In this document: positions 8,552 to 17,441 of the stretch, piece by piece
Layout of the letters: each line of letters begins with the position of its first letter
How positions within the stretch are numbered: position 1 is the first letter of the stretch
NCBI GenBank assembly: GCA_035281645.1
Contig: DATEDN010000099.1
Span: forward strand, 7,201 to 71,200
Length of the DNA stretch: 64,000 nt
Direction: 5' to 3'
DNA from: Acidimicrobiia bacterium
Lineage (GTDB): Bacteria; Actinomycetota; Acidimicrobiia; Spongiisociales; ZC4RG35
Position numbers and translations under genes: made by a program
The notes under the pieces: model-generated
What the model was told of the DNA's origin: nothing
The model's input: the letters and a program-made list of their open reading frames with translations, nothing else
The model's database searches: none

Positions 8552-9451
8552 ATGGATCCAGAGAACATCAGCATCACCGAAGAAGTAGCCGGCTCCGACA
8601 TCCCCGTCGAGCTCAGATACTTGGAGACTTGGGACGGCCTTTATGCCCCAATCGGCCTTCGTGTCCCTCAGGGCGAGGGTCCCTTCCCCCTCGTCCTTCT
8701 CGCCTCCGGCAACGGTGGGGGAGGCATGTCCTGGATCAGGAACGCGGTCGCCAACCGTGGCTACATCATGGAGCGTCTCCTCGAGCGGGGGTACGCATGC
8801 GCCTGGATTCGTTATCGGACCGAAGTTGAGCTCGGCTACGAGAACGGGGGGCGCCTGATCCGTGACACCCGACAGGGGCGTGACATGTTCAACCGCTCAC
8901 CTCTCGAGTACGAGGATGAAATCGCCATCGTCGAGCAGCTCAAGAAGGACCCACGCTTCGATGCCGAGCGAGTGGGTTTGATCGGAATGAGCCATGGTGG
9001 GGAAATGGTGCTCAAGCTCACCTCCGAGTACCAAGGCGTCAAAGCGGCGGTTGCTTCCGAACCCGCCTCGCACGAGTTCCTAGCGTTGACTCCCGACGAC
9101 ACCGCCTTCGTCGCACCCGACACGGGCATGCGCAACATCGAGGAAATGCAGATGGTGGAAACGGAGAAGGTGCGCTCGCGTATCGATATGGAGAAGGCGG
9201 CCGAACGGATCTCGACGATCGACACCCCGATCCTGGTCATGGGGAGGGAAGACGATCACCTGCAAGGGATATTCCGGGTCTCTTACGAGTTGCTGGCTGA
9301 GGCCGGTAAACCTGTGGAGTGGGTGAGCTGGGACCACGATCTCCACGGTTACATCTACCCATTACGCGGTCCTGACGGCCAATACGAAGTCAACGAGGTC
9401 GCCGAAGCCGCAATCGCCGGCGTCCTCGACTACCTAGACCGGCATCTCTAG
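8552..9451 (+). CDS. alpha/beta hydrolase (dienelactone hydrolase / S9 peptidase-like)
   Basis: 299 aa with GMSHGG nucleophile elbow, ILVMGREDDH acid and a HDLHGY histidine. Starts 3 nt after the Mo-subunit stop. Confidence 0.75.
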   Translation: MDPENISITEEVAGSDIPVELRYLETWDGLYAPIGLRVPQGEGPFPLVLLASGNGGGGMSWIRNAVANRGYIMERLLERGYACAWIRYRTEVELGYENGGRLIRDTRQGRDMFNRSPLEYEDEIAIVEQLKKDPRFDAERVGLIGMSHGGEMVLKLTSEYQGVKAAVASEPASHEFLALTPDDTAFVAPDTGMRNIEEMQMVETEKVRSRIDMEKAAERISTIDTPILVMGREDDHLQGIFRVSYELLAEAGKPVEWVSWDHDLHGYIYPLRGPDGQYEVNEVAEAAIAGVLDYLDRHL

Positions 9452-9478
9452 ACCGGAGAACGCAGGCGAGGGGCTTCT

Positions 9479-10414
9479 CTAGCTCAGCCCGTCGGAGATG
9501 TCTTTGTTCTCCGGGGCGAGGTCGATCCCGGTGCCCTCGGCGTGTCTGGCCAGCATCGAGGCGAAGTCCTGGTCGCCAAAACCTCGGCCGATGCCGTCCA
9601 TGACGATCTGGTGCACGAGGGCGGCGGTTGGAAGCGGGACCCCGAGCAGCCTTCCGGACTCGAGGCCTAACTCGAAATCCTTACGAAGTAAGTGCCAGGT
9701 GAAAGAAGGGGTGTAGTCCAGGTTCACGAACGCCGGGGTCTTGTACCGGGTGAAGGTGGAGCCCATCACGCTGTCGTTGAGAAACTCGAGGAAGTCGGCC
9801 CGCGACACTCCGGCAGCCTCGGCCAGGAGAGTGATCTCCGCCATCGATTGCGTCACCACCCCCAGCATCAGGTTGTGGCAAATCTTGACCAGGCGGGCTT
9901 CGTCCCCCTCACCGACATAGGTGACCTTGCGCCCGAAACACTGGAGATAGGGCAGCACGGTTTCATAAGCGTCCTTTGGCCCCGACACCACCGAGGTGAG
10001 GCGGCCCGACTTCACGACCTTTGGATTGCCCGAAACCGGCGCCGCCAGCACCGCGGTCCCCAGTTCTTCGGCCCGCTTGGTGAGCGTCCGTGAGGTCGTG
10101 GCGTCGATAGTCGTCGAGTCGACGATAATTTCCGGTCGGCGGTCGGACCGAGAGAGGACCCCTTCCGCACCGAGCGTCACTTCGAGGACATCTTCGGGAC
10201 CGGCAACCATGGTGAAGACAATGTCCCGCTCGGCGAGGTCGGCCGGTGAGTCGACGACCTTCGCACCCTTCGCCGCCAAGGGTTCAGCCTTGGAGCGAGT
10301 TCGGTTGTAGACCCAGAGGTCCACGTCCGAGGCCAGCAAGCGATCGACGAGGGCTGCGCCCATCCGACCCGCCCCGATCCAGCCCACCCGGTGCGGGTAC
10401 TTGTTTTCGGCCAT
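9479..10414 (-). CDS. NAD(P)-dependent oxidoreductase, 3-hydroxyisobutyrate / 6-phosphogluconate dehydrogenase-like
   Basis: MAENKYPHRVGWIGAGRMGAALVDRL Rossmann start. The track ORF (to 11125) is trimmed to ATG 10414, since the upstream 237 codons are antisense to the LacI gene. Confidence 0.85.
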   Translation of the reverse strand: MAENKYPHRVGWIGAGRMGAALVDRLLASDVDLWVYNRTRSKAEPLAAKGAKVVDSPADLAERDIVFTMVAGPEDVLEVTLGAEGVLSRSDRRPEIIVDSTTIDATTSRTLTKRAEELGTAVLAAPVSGNPKVVKSGRLTSVVSGPKDAYETVLPYLQCFGRKVTYVGEGDEARLVKICHNLMLGVVTQSMAEITLLAEAAGVSRADFLEFLNDSVMGSTFTRYKTPAFVNLDYTPSFTWHLLRKDFELGLESGRLLGVPLPTAALVHQIVMDGIGRGFGDQDFASMLARHAEGTGIDLAPENKDISDGLS

Positions 10415-10453
10415 GTCTCCCCTCACGCTGGCGGTCACCGGTTCTGATCGCTC

Positions 10454-10467
10454 CGCAATCGTTTGTA
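10454..10467. promoter_or_regulatory. second copy of the LacI-type operator candidate
   Basis: CGCAATCGTTTGTA lies 40 nt upstream of the 10414 start and about 98 nt upstream of the LacI start. It is 12/14 identical to the 6198-6211 site. Confidence 0.45.
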
Positions 10468-10564
10468 GTATCGGATCTTTGGCTGGGCAGCGCAAACAGC
10501 CCTTGTTCCTGTCGGCCGCAGAGCTCGCCCCGGCAGCTGAGCAACGAATAGCCTCGAGACCAAC

Positions 10565-11590
10565 GTGTCGTCGATCCGATCCACATTGAAAGACGTAGCC
10601 CGCGAGGCGGGGGTCCACATCTCGACGGCATCGCGAGCTCTGAACCCGAGCACCGCTTTCATCGTCCACCCGGTGACGGTGGAGAGGGTCGCCGAGGCTG
10701 CTCGCAAGCTGGGCTACCGGCCCCACCCTCTGGCGCGGGGTCTGCGGACCAACCGCACCATGTCGGCGGGAGTGATCATCCCCGACGTCGAGAACCCTCT
10801 CTTTGGGCCGATCATCGCCGGAGTCGAGTCGGTGCTGGTCGAGGAGGGCTATTCGGTGCTCATCGGAAATGCCGACCGGGGGCCGGATCACGCTGACAGC
10901 CTGGTGGAGGACATGCTGGAGCGTCATGTCGACGGCCTGATCCTCGCCACCCCTGGTCGGATCGTTTCCGAGGCCGCCCGACAAGCGCAGCGAGACGTCT
11001 CGATGGTCCTCGTCAACCGCTCGGTCGACGACGACTCCATCCCGGCGATCGTCGGCGACGACCACGCCGGGATCGGTCTGGCGGTGAGGCATCTGCGGGA
11101 ATTGGGCCACGAGCGCATCGGGCATGTGGCCGGGCCGGAATGGGTCTCGACTGGTCGCGGGAGACGCGATGCTTTCCTCGCCTGGATCTCGACCGTGGGT
11201 CTCCAGGCCGACCGCGATCTGGTCGAGGAGGCCGAGTGGTATCAGGTGGAACCGGGGATGACGGCGGCCCTGGCCCTACTCAGCCGTCACCCTGACCTCA
11301 CTGCGATCGTCGCCGCCAACGACTTGTTGGGGCTGGGGTGCTACCGGGCGGTGAGGTCCCTCGGCAAGGTCATCGGCGTTGACGTGTCGATAACCGGCTA
11401 CAACGACATGCCCCTGCTCGATCTAATGCAGCCTTCCATGACCGCGGTTCGGGTGCCATATCGCCGGATGGGCGCCGATGCCGCCAGCACGCTTCTTGCG
11501 CTAATGGCCGGTGAGGAGGTTCCCCCAGGTCGCGTGTCGCTCTCACCGACCATCGCCATCAGGTCCTCGACCGGACCTCCCGCCGGATAG
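10565..11590 (+). CDS. LacI family transcriptional regulator
   Basis: N-terminal HTH TLKDVAREAGVHISTASRALN followed by a periplasmic-binding-protein-like sugar-binding fold. GTG start. Confidence 0.9.
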   Translation: MSSIRSTLKDVAREAGVHISTASRALNPSTAFIVHPVTVERVAEAARKLGYRPHPLARGLRTNRTMSAGVIIPDVENPLFGPIIAGVESVLVEEGYSVLIGNADRGPDHADSLVEDMLERHVDGLILATPGRIVSEAARQAQRDVSMVLVNRSVDDDSIPAIVGDDHAGIGLAVRHLRELGHERIGHVAGPEWVSTGRGRRDAFLAWISTVGLQADRDLVEEAEWYQVEPGMTAALALLSRHPDLTAIVAANDLLGLGCYRAVRSLGKVIGVDVSITGYNDMPLLDLMQPSMTAVRVPYRRMGADAASTLLALMAGEEVPPGRVSLSPTIAIRSSTGPPAG

Positions 11591-13303
11591 CAGGGGCCGA
11601 GGGATCACCGGCACCAGTAGCGCCGACTTGTGATCGGGCCCGGTGTGGATCGTCACCCCCTTTCCGAAAACCTCCGGAGGCCGGTCGAGAGGGTCGTCGT
11701 GAAGAAAGGGCCCACATCCAGTAAGGCGGTTCTTGAAGGTCGTCAGCGACGCCTCGCCAAGATCTCCCTCGTACTTGTAGTCGTTGCCTCGGATTGAGAG
11801 GCCCAGCCGGTGGCCGGGGGGAGCGACGATGGAGGTGGGCCAGATCTCGACATCGAGCTCGTATATCTCGCCGGGAGCGAGCGGCTCGACCCGGTCGTGG
11901 GTGTGATAGGGCCGGTAGGGGAGGGACAACTCCTCATCGAGGCGACGATGCGATGCCCGAAGCCAACCCTGGGCCACGGGCGTGTGCGGGTCGATGGCAC
12001 CTTGAAATGTGACCTCTCCACCCTGGGGATCGAAGATCCTCAACACCGCGAATATGTCGGCGTCGGATGTCTCCGAGGAAACGAACAGCTTCAAGGAGAT
12101 GGGCCCGGTGATCTCCGTCTCCGACTGGAAGGGGTCGAGTAGGAAGGTGGCGCCCTCGCCGGTGGCGTCGTAACGCATCTCTCCGCTCGTTACCGGGGTC
12201 TCCTGAGAAAGGCTCATGTTGCCGGCGTCGAGAAACATGGTCGTCCATGACGTCTCCGGAAGCGGCCAGCCCTCTCCCATCCGTTCCTCGAAGCGGTCGA
12301 GATGTCGGACCTGGAGCCGGACCGGGGGTTCTGCGTCCCAGCCGTTGTCTTCGTCCTTGAGGAATCGGGCGAAGAACCGCTTCTGCAACCCGACCCCATA
12401 GTCGGTGTAGAAGTGGGTCCAATGCTCGAGGCCATGGAGCTCGAGCCATTTCCGCGACGTGGCCGCACGTACGAATCCCTCGATGTTGCCGCGGAGATGC
12501 AAGCCCTGGCCTCCCCAGTTGCCGGCGGTGAGGAGCGGCACGTCGATCTTCGACCACCGTGGCGATCGGTCACGATGAAACGAGTCGTCGAGGGAATGAT
12601 CCCGAACATCGGCGCCCAGATCGGCACGGTTGCGCTCCAGCTCCTCGTCGGTGAGGTTGATGTCGCCCGTGACCGCTGCTCCAGTCACTCGACTCACCGC
12701 GCCACGATCGCCCAGGCCGTGCTGGACGGTCTTCACCTGCATGTCGTACCAGTTGGCCCAGAACGTGGACAGGATGCCGCCGTGGTGCGTCATGTCTCGA
12801 TAGCAGTCGGCAGCGCCCTCCCACACGCATATCGCCGCCAGATGATCGGGTTGTCGAGAAGCGGCGTGCCACTGGTTGATGGCGTAGTACGAGATCCCGT
12901 TCAAACCCACTTTCCCCGTGCTCCAGGGCTGGACTCCGGCCCACTCGATGCAGGCCACGAGGTCCTCGGTTTCCCGGGTTGAAAATACGTCTATGTAGCC
13001 GGGCGATCGGCCGCAGCCTCGCGAGTCGACTCTCACCACGGCGTACCCGTCGGGTACCCACTTTTCGGGATCGACCACTTCCCAGTTCTGGAAGCGGTTG
13101 CTCGACCCCGCCTCGACGTCGGGATGCTGGGTGGTCATGATCCGCCATTGGTCGGGGTAGCCCTCTTGGAAGGCCAGGCCCTTGGCGTAAGGGCCATAGG
13201 AAACGATGACCGGATAGGAGGCATCGGTAGCCGGCCGGTAGACGTCCGCCCGGAGGACCTGGCCGTCGTCCATTTCGATCGCCACATCCCAATCGATGCG
13301 CAT
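11543..13303 (-). CDS. CocE/NonD family hydrolase
   Basis: VVRVDSRGCGRSPG, GISYYAINQW, and a C-terminal beta-sandwich domain. Start set at ATG 13303 (MRIDWDV); 13315 and 13351 are alternatives. The 3' end overlaps the LacI 3' end by 48 nt (convergent). Confidence 0.85.
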   Translation of the reverse strand: MRIDWDVAIEMDDGQVLRADVYRPATDASYPVIVSYGPYAKGLAFQEGYPDQWRIMTTQHPDVEAGSSNRFQNWEVVDPEKWVPDGYAVVRVDSRGCGRSPGYIDVFSTRETEDLVACIEWAGVQPWSTGKVGLNGISYYAINQWHAASRQPDHLAAICVWEGAADCYRDMTHHGGILSTFWANWYDMQVKTVQHGLGDRGAVSRVTGAAVTGDINLTDEELERNRADLGADVRDHSLDDSFHRDRSPRWSKIDVPLLTAGNWGGQGLHLRGNIEGFVRAATSRKWLELHGLEHWTHFYTDYGVGLQKRFFARFLKDEDNGWDAEPPVRLQVRHLDRFEERMGEGWPLPETSWTTMFLDAGNMSLSQETPVTSGEMRYDATGEGATFLLDPFQSETEITGPISLKLFVSSETSDADIFAVLRIFDPQGGEVTFQGAIDPHTPVAQGWLRASHRRLDEELSLPYRPYHTHDRVEPLAPGEIYELDVEIWPTSIVAPPGHRLGLSIRGNDYKYEGDLGEASLTTFKNRLTGCGPFLHDDPLDRPPEVFGKGVTIHTGPDHKSALLVPVIPRPLLSGGRSGRGPDGDGR

Positions 13304-13395
13304 CGCCAAGCCCATACCCCAGGAGAGGCTACCGGTCAGGAGCGACGGCAAGCCCGATGTGCAACCTCGCTCCAGCCTGTCTACGTTCTCGGGTG

Positions 13396-14010
13396 ATGAA
13401 GTTCCGGTTGCTGCCGACCGACGAGCGTTTTTTCGAACTTTTCGATGAAGCAGCTGGCAACGTTGCCGAGTGCAGCCGACGCCTCGCCAAGCTCCTGGCC
13501 GGCGGCAACGGTGGCCTGGAGGACGTGATTGCGTGCGAGGCCAGAGCCGACGAGGTGACGGAATCGGTGATGCGTCGCCTCAACACTTCGTTTGTCACTC
13601 CCATCGATCGAGAGGACATCCATACCTTGGTCGTGGAATTCGACGATGTGATCGACGCCATGGTGGAGGTCGCCTATCGACTCGACTACGGCGATCGCGA
13701 GTTCTCGATCATGCCCGAGCTCGAGCTGCAATCCGAGCTACTGGTGCAGATGGCCGAGGAGACGGCCGCGATGATGCCCAAGCTGGCCTCGTTGAAGGGT
13801 CTGCAACCGCATTTCGACGCCATCGACGAGTTGGAAACCAAAGGTGACCTCGTCTACCGCCAGGCGTTGCAGCGGATCTATTCGCCCGAGTTCAAGCCGA
13901 AGGGATATGTGCACTATTGGAAAGACCTCGCATCGACGATGGAGGCTGCCCTTGACGCTCTCGAGGATGTTTCCGACGTTCTCGAGGGCATCGTCCTCAA
14001 GCACGCCTAG
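13396..14010 (+). CDS. DUF47 (PhoU-like) phosphate transport accessory protein
   Basis: MKFRLLPTDERFFELFDEAA...TPIDREDIHTL is typical of DUF47 partners of PiT transporters. Start set at ATG 13396. Confidence 0.85.
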   Translation: MKFRLLPTDERFFELFDEAAGNVAECSRRLAKLLAGGNGGLEDVIACEARADEVTESVMRRLNTSFVTPIDREDIHTLVVEFDDVIDAMVEVAYRLDYGDREFSIMPELELQSELLVQMAEETAAMMPKLASLKGLQPHFDAIDELETKGDLVYRQALQRIYSPEFKPKGYVHYWKDLASTMEAALDALEDVSDVLEGIVLKHA

Positions 14011-14013
14011 TCG

Positions 14014-15009
14014 ATGGAACTCGCCGCTGTGGTGCTGGTGGTTGGCATCGCCCTGGCTTTCGACTTTGTCAACGGCTTTCATGACGCCGCCAATTCGATC
14101 GCCACGGTCGTCTCCACCCGTGTGCTCTCGCCCCGTCTGGCGGTGGCTTGGGCGGCATTCTTCAACTTCGTCGCCTTCCTGGTATTCGGGACCGCCGTCG
14201 CGGCGACCATCGCTTCGGGGGTCGTCGAGCCCGGAGCCCTGTCGATTGGGGTCATATTCGCCGGGCTCATTGGTGCGGTCGCTTGGAACCTCATCACCTT
14301 CTATTTAGGTTTGCCGTCCAGCTCCTCTCATGCCCTCATCGGCGGCATCGCCGGAGCCGCCGTGGCCAAGAGCGGCTTCTCGGTCCTGATCGGCGATGGA
14401 ATCCGCACCATCGGGGTCTTTATCGTCCTCTCGCCTCTGCTCGGCCTCGCCCTGGGCCTGATCCTGATGGTGGGGCTGCAATGGGCGGTTGCCGGCTATC
14501 CCAAGGTCGATCTCATCAATCGCTTCTTTCGCCGAGCACAGCTGGTATCGGCGGCTGCCTTCAGTCTCGGACACGGCGGCAACGACGCCCAAAAGACGAT
14601 GGGAGTCATTCTGGCGGTCCTCATCGGCGCCGGCTACCTGCCCGCAGGCTCCGACGTGCCCTTGTGGGTGGTGCTGTCGGCCCATATCGCCATTGGCCTC
14701 GGCACCCTCTCCGGCGGCTGGCGGATTGTGAAGACCATGGGCTCGAAAATCACCCGACTGCAGCCGATCGGCGGGGTAGCGGCCGAAAGTGCCGCGGCCG
14801 CCACCCTCTTTTTCACCTCCTTTGCCGGCATTCCGGTATCGACCACCCACACCATCACCGGCGCCATCGTCGGGGTCGGCGCCAGTAGGCGGCTGTCGGC
14901 GGTCCGCTGGGGAATTGCGGGGCGGGTGGTGTGGGCTTGGATCCTCACCATTCCTGGAGCCTGGATCATCGCCGGCCTGACCTACGCCATCATCGCCGCG
15001 CTGTCCTGA
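14014..15009 (+). CDS. inorganic phosphate transporter, PiT family
   Basis: 331 aa polytopic protein with GFHDAANSIAT and GGNDAQKTMG signature repeats. Confidence 0.9.
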   Translation: MELAAVVLVVGIALAFDFVNGFHDAANSIATVVSTRVLSPRLAVAWAAFFNFVAFLVFGTAVAATIASGVVEPGALSIGVIFAGLIGAVAWNLITFYLGLPSSSSHALIGGIAGAAVAKSGFSVLIGDGIRTIGVFIVLSPLLGLALGLILMVGLQWAVAGYPKVDLINRFFRRAQLVSAAAFSLGHGGNDAQKTMGVILAVLIGAGYLPAGSDVPLWVVLSAHIAIGLGTLSGGWRIVKTMGSKITRLQPIGGVAAESAAAATLFFTSFAGIPVSTTHTITGAIVGVGASRRLSAVRWGIAGRVVWAWILTIPGAWIIAGLTYAIIAALS

Positions 15010-15164
15010 TGGATCGCCGCGCCCTCTTCTTCTTGTTCGCCGCCGCTCTAGTGGCAGCGCTGATTCCGTTGACCGATGCGGAATTCCGGTTCGTGCCGAT
15101 CGGGCTTGCGATCGTCTACGTGGTCTTGGCCTTCGCCTCCTACCTCGATCATCGGAGCCGATGA
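15009..15164 (+). CDS. small two-TM hypothetical membrane protein
   Basis: ATG 15009 overlaps the PiT stop (TGATG). 51 aa: MDRRALFFLFAAALVAALIPL...IGLAIVYVVLAFASYL. Supported only by coupling and hydrophobicity. Confidence 0.4.
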   Translation: MDRRALFFLFAAALVAALIPLTDAEFRFVPIGLAIVYVVLAFASYLDHRSR

Positions 15165-15199
15165 CTATCTGTCGGTTCTCGAGGGAGGCTTCGCAGCGA

Positions 15200-17434
15200 T
15201 TAGAGGATGAAGTCGAGGAGTTCGACCGCTCCGCTCTTGGAAAGGGGCTCGTTGAGGTTGCCGCACTTGGGCGACTGCACGCAGGAGGGACATCCCGCAA
15301 CACAGGGGCACTCGGCAATGGCTTCCCTGGTCGCCTGCCAGTGCTTCTGTCGTCGTTCGTAGGCGATAGGAGCGATTCCCGCTCCCCCGGGGTAGCCCTC
15401 GTGGATGAAAATCGTGGCGGTCCCGGTATCGGGATGCCAGTTGGTCGAGAGGCCGCCGAGATCCCAGCGGTCGCAGACGGCCATCAAGGGCAGCATCGCG
15501 ATCCCCGCGTGCTCGGCTGCGTGCAAGGACCCAAGCAAGTCGCCTCGTAGGGTTCCGAGAAGCGGGTCGGGGATGGTCAGCCAGACCGCCGAGGTCGTCA
15601 TCCGGTAGGAGGGAAGGTCGAGAGGGACGGTCTCCATGACCTCGCGGGTACGGATATGGCGCTTCTGATAAGCGACCACCTGATTCTCGACATCGACCAT
15701 TCCGAGGTGGATGTGGACCCCCCGGGACCCGATCTGATTCCTGATCTCCATTTCGACGATTCCCAGGTCGGTCTCGGTTCGGGTCTGGGTGTAGTAGTCG
15801 ACCGTGGCCGGCCGCACCCCGACCTCGCGCAGCTGATGGTCGACGGTTTCGACCAGAAAGGAATCACCCTGGTGTAGATAGATCGCCCCGGGGTGAGCGT
15901 CGCGGTTGACCCGCGCCTGGTCGAGGGTCCCGAGGAATTTGCCGTCGGCACTGATGGTGTAGGGGGAACCTCCGCTGGCGCGGAGATCGATCGATGGGGC
16001 GGGCTTCTGTCGCACCGCCCAGTGCAGTTTTCCGTCCTTCAGTTTCAAATGCTCGCTTTGGACGAGGCTGTTGGCGACTTCCTCGGTGGCGGGACCGAGA
16101 AACTGCCGATCGTCGAGCTCAAGGGGCTTTTCATATGCCGCGCACGCCAGATGGGCGGCCGCCAGGAGAGGGTTGCTGGGGTTGACGACCACAGCCTCGG
16201 ACGGTCTCTCAAACAGCTCCTGAGGATGACGCATTAGGTATTGGTCAAGGGCGTCGTCGCCCGCCACCAACACCACCAGGGAGCTCTGACCGCTGCGGCC
16301 GGCCCTTCCCGCCTGCTGGCGGAAGGCGGCCATGGTGCCCGGGAACGTGGTGATAACCGCCGCGTCAAGACCGCCGACGTCGATTCCCAACTCGAGGGCG
16401 TTGGTGGCGATGACGCCCGCCAGCTGCCCGCCGAAAAGCCGCGACTCGACCAGGCGCCGTTGGGCCGGCGTGTAGCCCGCCCGATAGGGGGCGATCTCGG
16501 CGGCGAGCTCGGGAGGGAGGCGGCTCGCAGCCCACCGGTACATAAGCTCGGTGCTCTTGCGCCCCCGGGTGAAGGCGATCACTTTTCCGCCCTCCTTGAC
16601 CAACTCGGCGAAGAGAGAGGTGGCGTCACCTAGGGCCGAACGGCGCAGACCCAATTCGGGATCGATAAGCCCGGGATTCCAGAGTGCAAAGCTGCGCTCG
16701 CCGGCGGGCGAGTAGTCGCCTTCGATGACCTCGACGTCGAGCCCGGTCAACTGCTCGGCCAACTCGGCAGCATTGCCGATCGTGGCCGAGGCGAGGATCA
16801 GCGTGGGCGAAGCACCGTAATGCTCACAGATCCGCCGCAACCGGCGAATGATGAAGGCTACGTGCGTCCCGAAGACTCCTCGGAGATGGTGCACTTCGTC
16901 GATGACGACATACGCCAGCCGGTGGAAGAAATCCGACCAGCCGTTATGGAAGGGAAGGATCCCGACGTGAAGCATGTCGGGATTGGTGAGGACGATATTG
17001 GTTCGGCGTCGGATTTGGGGCCGCTCCTCGGGAGGCGTGTCGCCGTCGTAGATGGCCACGCCAGCGAGGGGGACTTTGAAGGACCGCATCGACCGGGCCT
17101 GATCCTGAGCGAGGGCCTTGGTGGGGTAGATCAGGAGGGCCGTCGATTTGGGCTCGGTGATGATCCGTTCGAGGATTGGAATTTGAAAGGCCAGCGATTT
17201 GCCGCTGGCGGTGCCGAGAGAGAGCATCGTGTGACGCCCCGCTCTGATCGCTTCGATGGCACGGGTTTGATGGAGATAGAGATTTTCTATCCCGCGTTCG
17301 CCGAGCCGGGTCTCGAGCAGCGGATCTAGGTCGACAGAGCCGAACCGAGCCTCGCGGGGCGGGATGGTGCGTCGATGCGAAAGCTCGTCTTCGTCGTCCC
17401 ACCGCTTGAGGACGAGCTCTGGGTCCCAACCCAT
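15200..17434 (-). CDS. DEAD/DEAH-box SF2 helicase with C-terminal DUF1998 (MrfA/YprA/SftH type)
   Basis: Motif I GTASGKS, motif II VVIDEVHHL, and a C-terminal four-Cys cluster CPCVAGCPSCVQSPKCGN. Confidence 0.9.
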   Translation of the reverse strand: MGWDPELVLKRWDDEDELSHRRTIPPREARFGSVDLDPLLETRLGERGIENLYLHQTRAIEAIRAGRHTMLSLGTASGKSLAFQIPILERIITEPKSTALLIYPTKALAQDQARSMRSFKVPLAGVAIYDGDTPPEERPQIRRRTNIVLTNPDMLHVGILPFHNGWSDFFHRLAYVVIDEVHHLRGVFGTHVAFIIRRLRRICEHYGASPTLILASATIGNAAELAEQLTGLDVEVIEGDYSPAGERSFALWNPGLIDPELGLRRSALGDATSLFAELVKEGGKVIAFTRGRKSTELMYRWAASRLPPELAAEIAPYRAGYTPAQRRLVESRLFGGQLAGVIATNALELGIDVGGLDAAVITTFPGTMAAFRQQAGRAGRSGQSSLVVLVAGDDALDQYLMRHPQELFERPSEAVVVNPSNPLLAAAHLACAAYEKPLELDDRQFLGPATEEVANSLVQSEHLKLKDGKLHWAVRQKPAPSIDLRASGGSPYTISADGKFLGTLDQARVNRDAHPGAIYLHQGDSFLVETVDHQLREVGVRPATVDYYTQTRTETDLGIVEMEIRNQIGSRGVHIHLGMVDVENQVVAYQKRHIRTREVMETVPLDLPSYRMTTSAVWLTIPDPLLGTLRGDLLGSLHAAEHAGIAMLPLMAVCDRWDLGGLSTNWHPDTGTATIFIHEGYPGGAGIAPIAYERRQKHWQATREAIAECPCVAGCPSCVQSPKCGNLNEPLSKSGAVELLDFIL

Positions 17435-17441
17435 CGCAGGT

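Noticed and set aside
10415-11125. N-terminal 237 codons of the 548-aa track ORF 9479-11125
   Set aside because: This part is antisense to the LacI gene and Arg/Asp/Val-rich. The dehydrogenase homology begins at MAENKY (ATG 10414) with its Rossmann motif immediately after.
11543-11590. 48-nt convergent overlap of the LacI and CocE/NonD 3' ends
   Set aside because: Both reading frames are well supported to their stops, so this is probably just compact gene packing rather than a regulatory feature.
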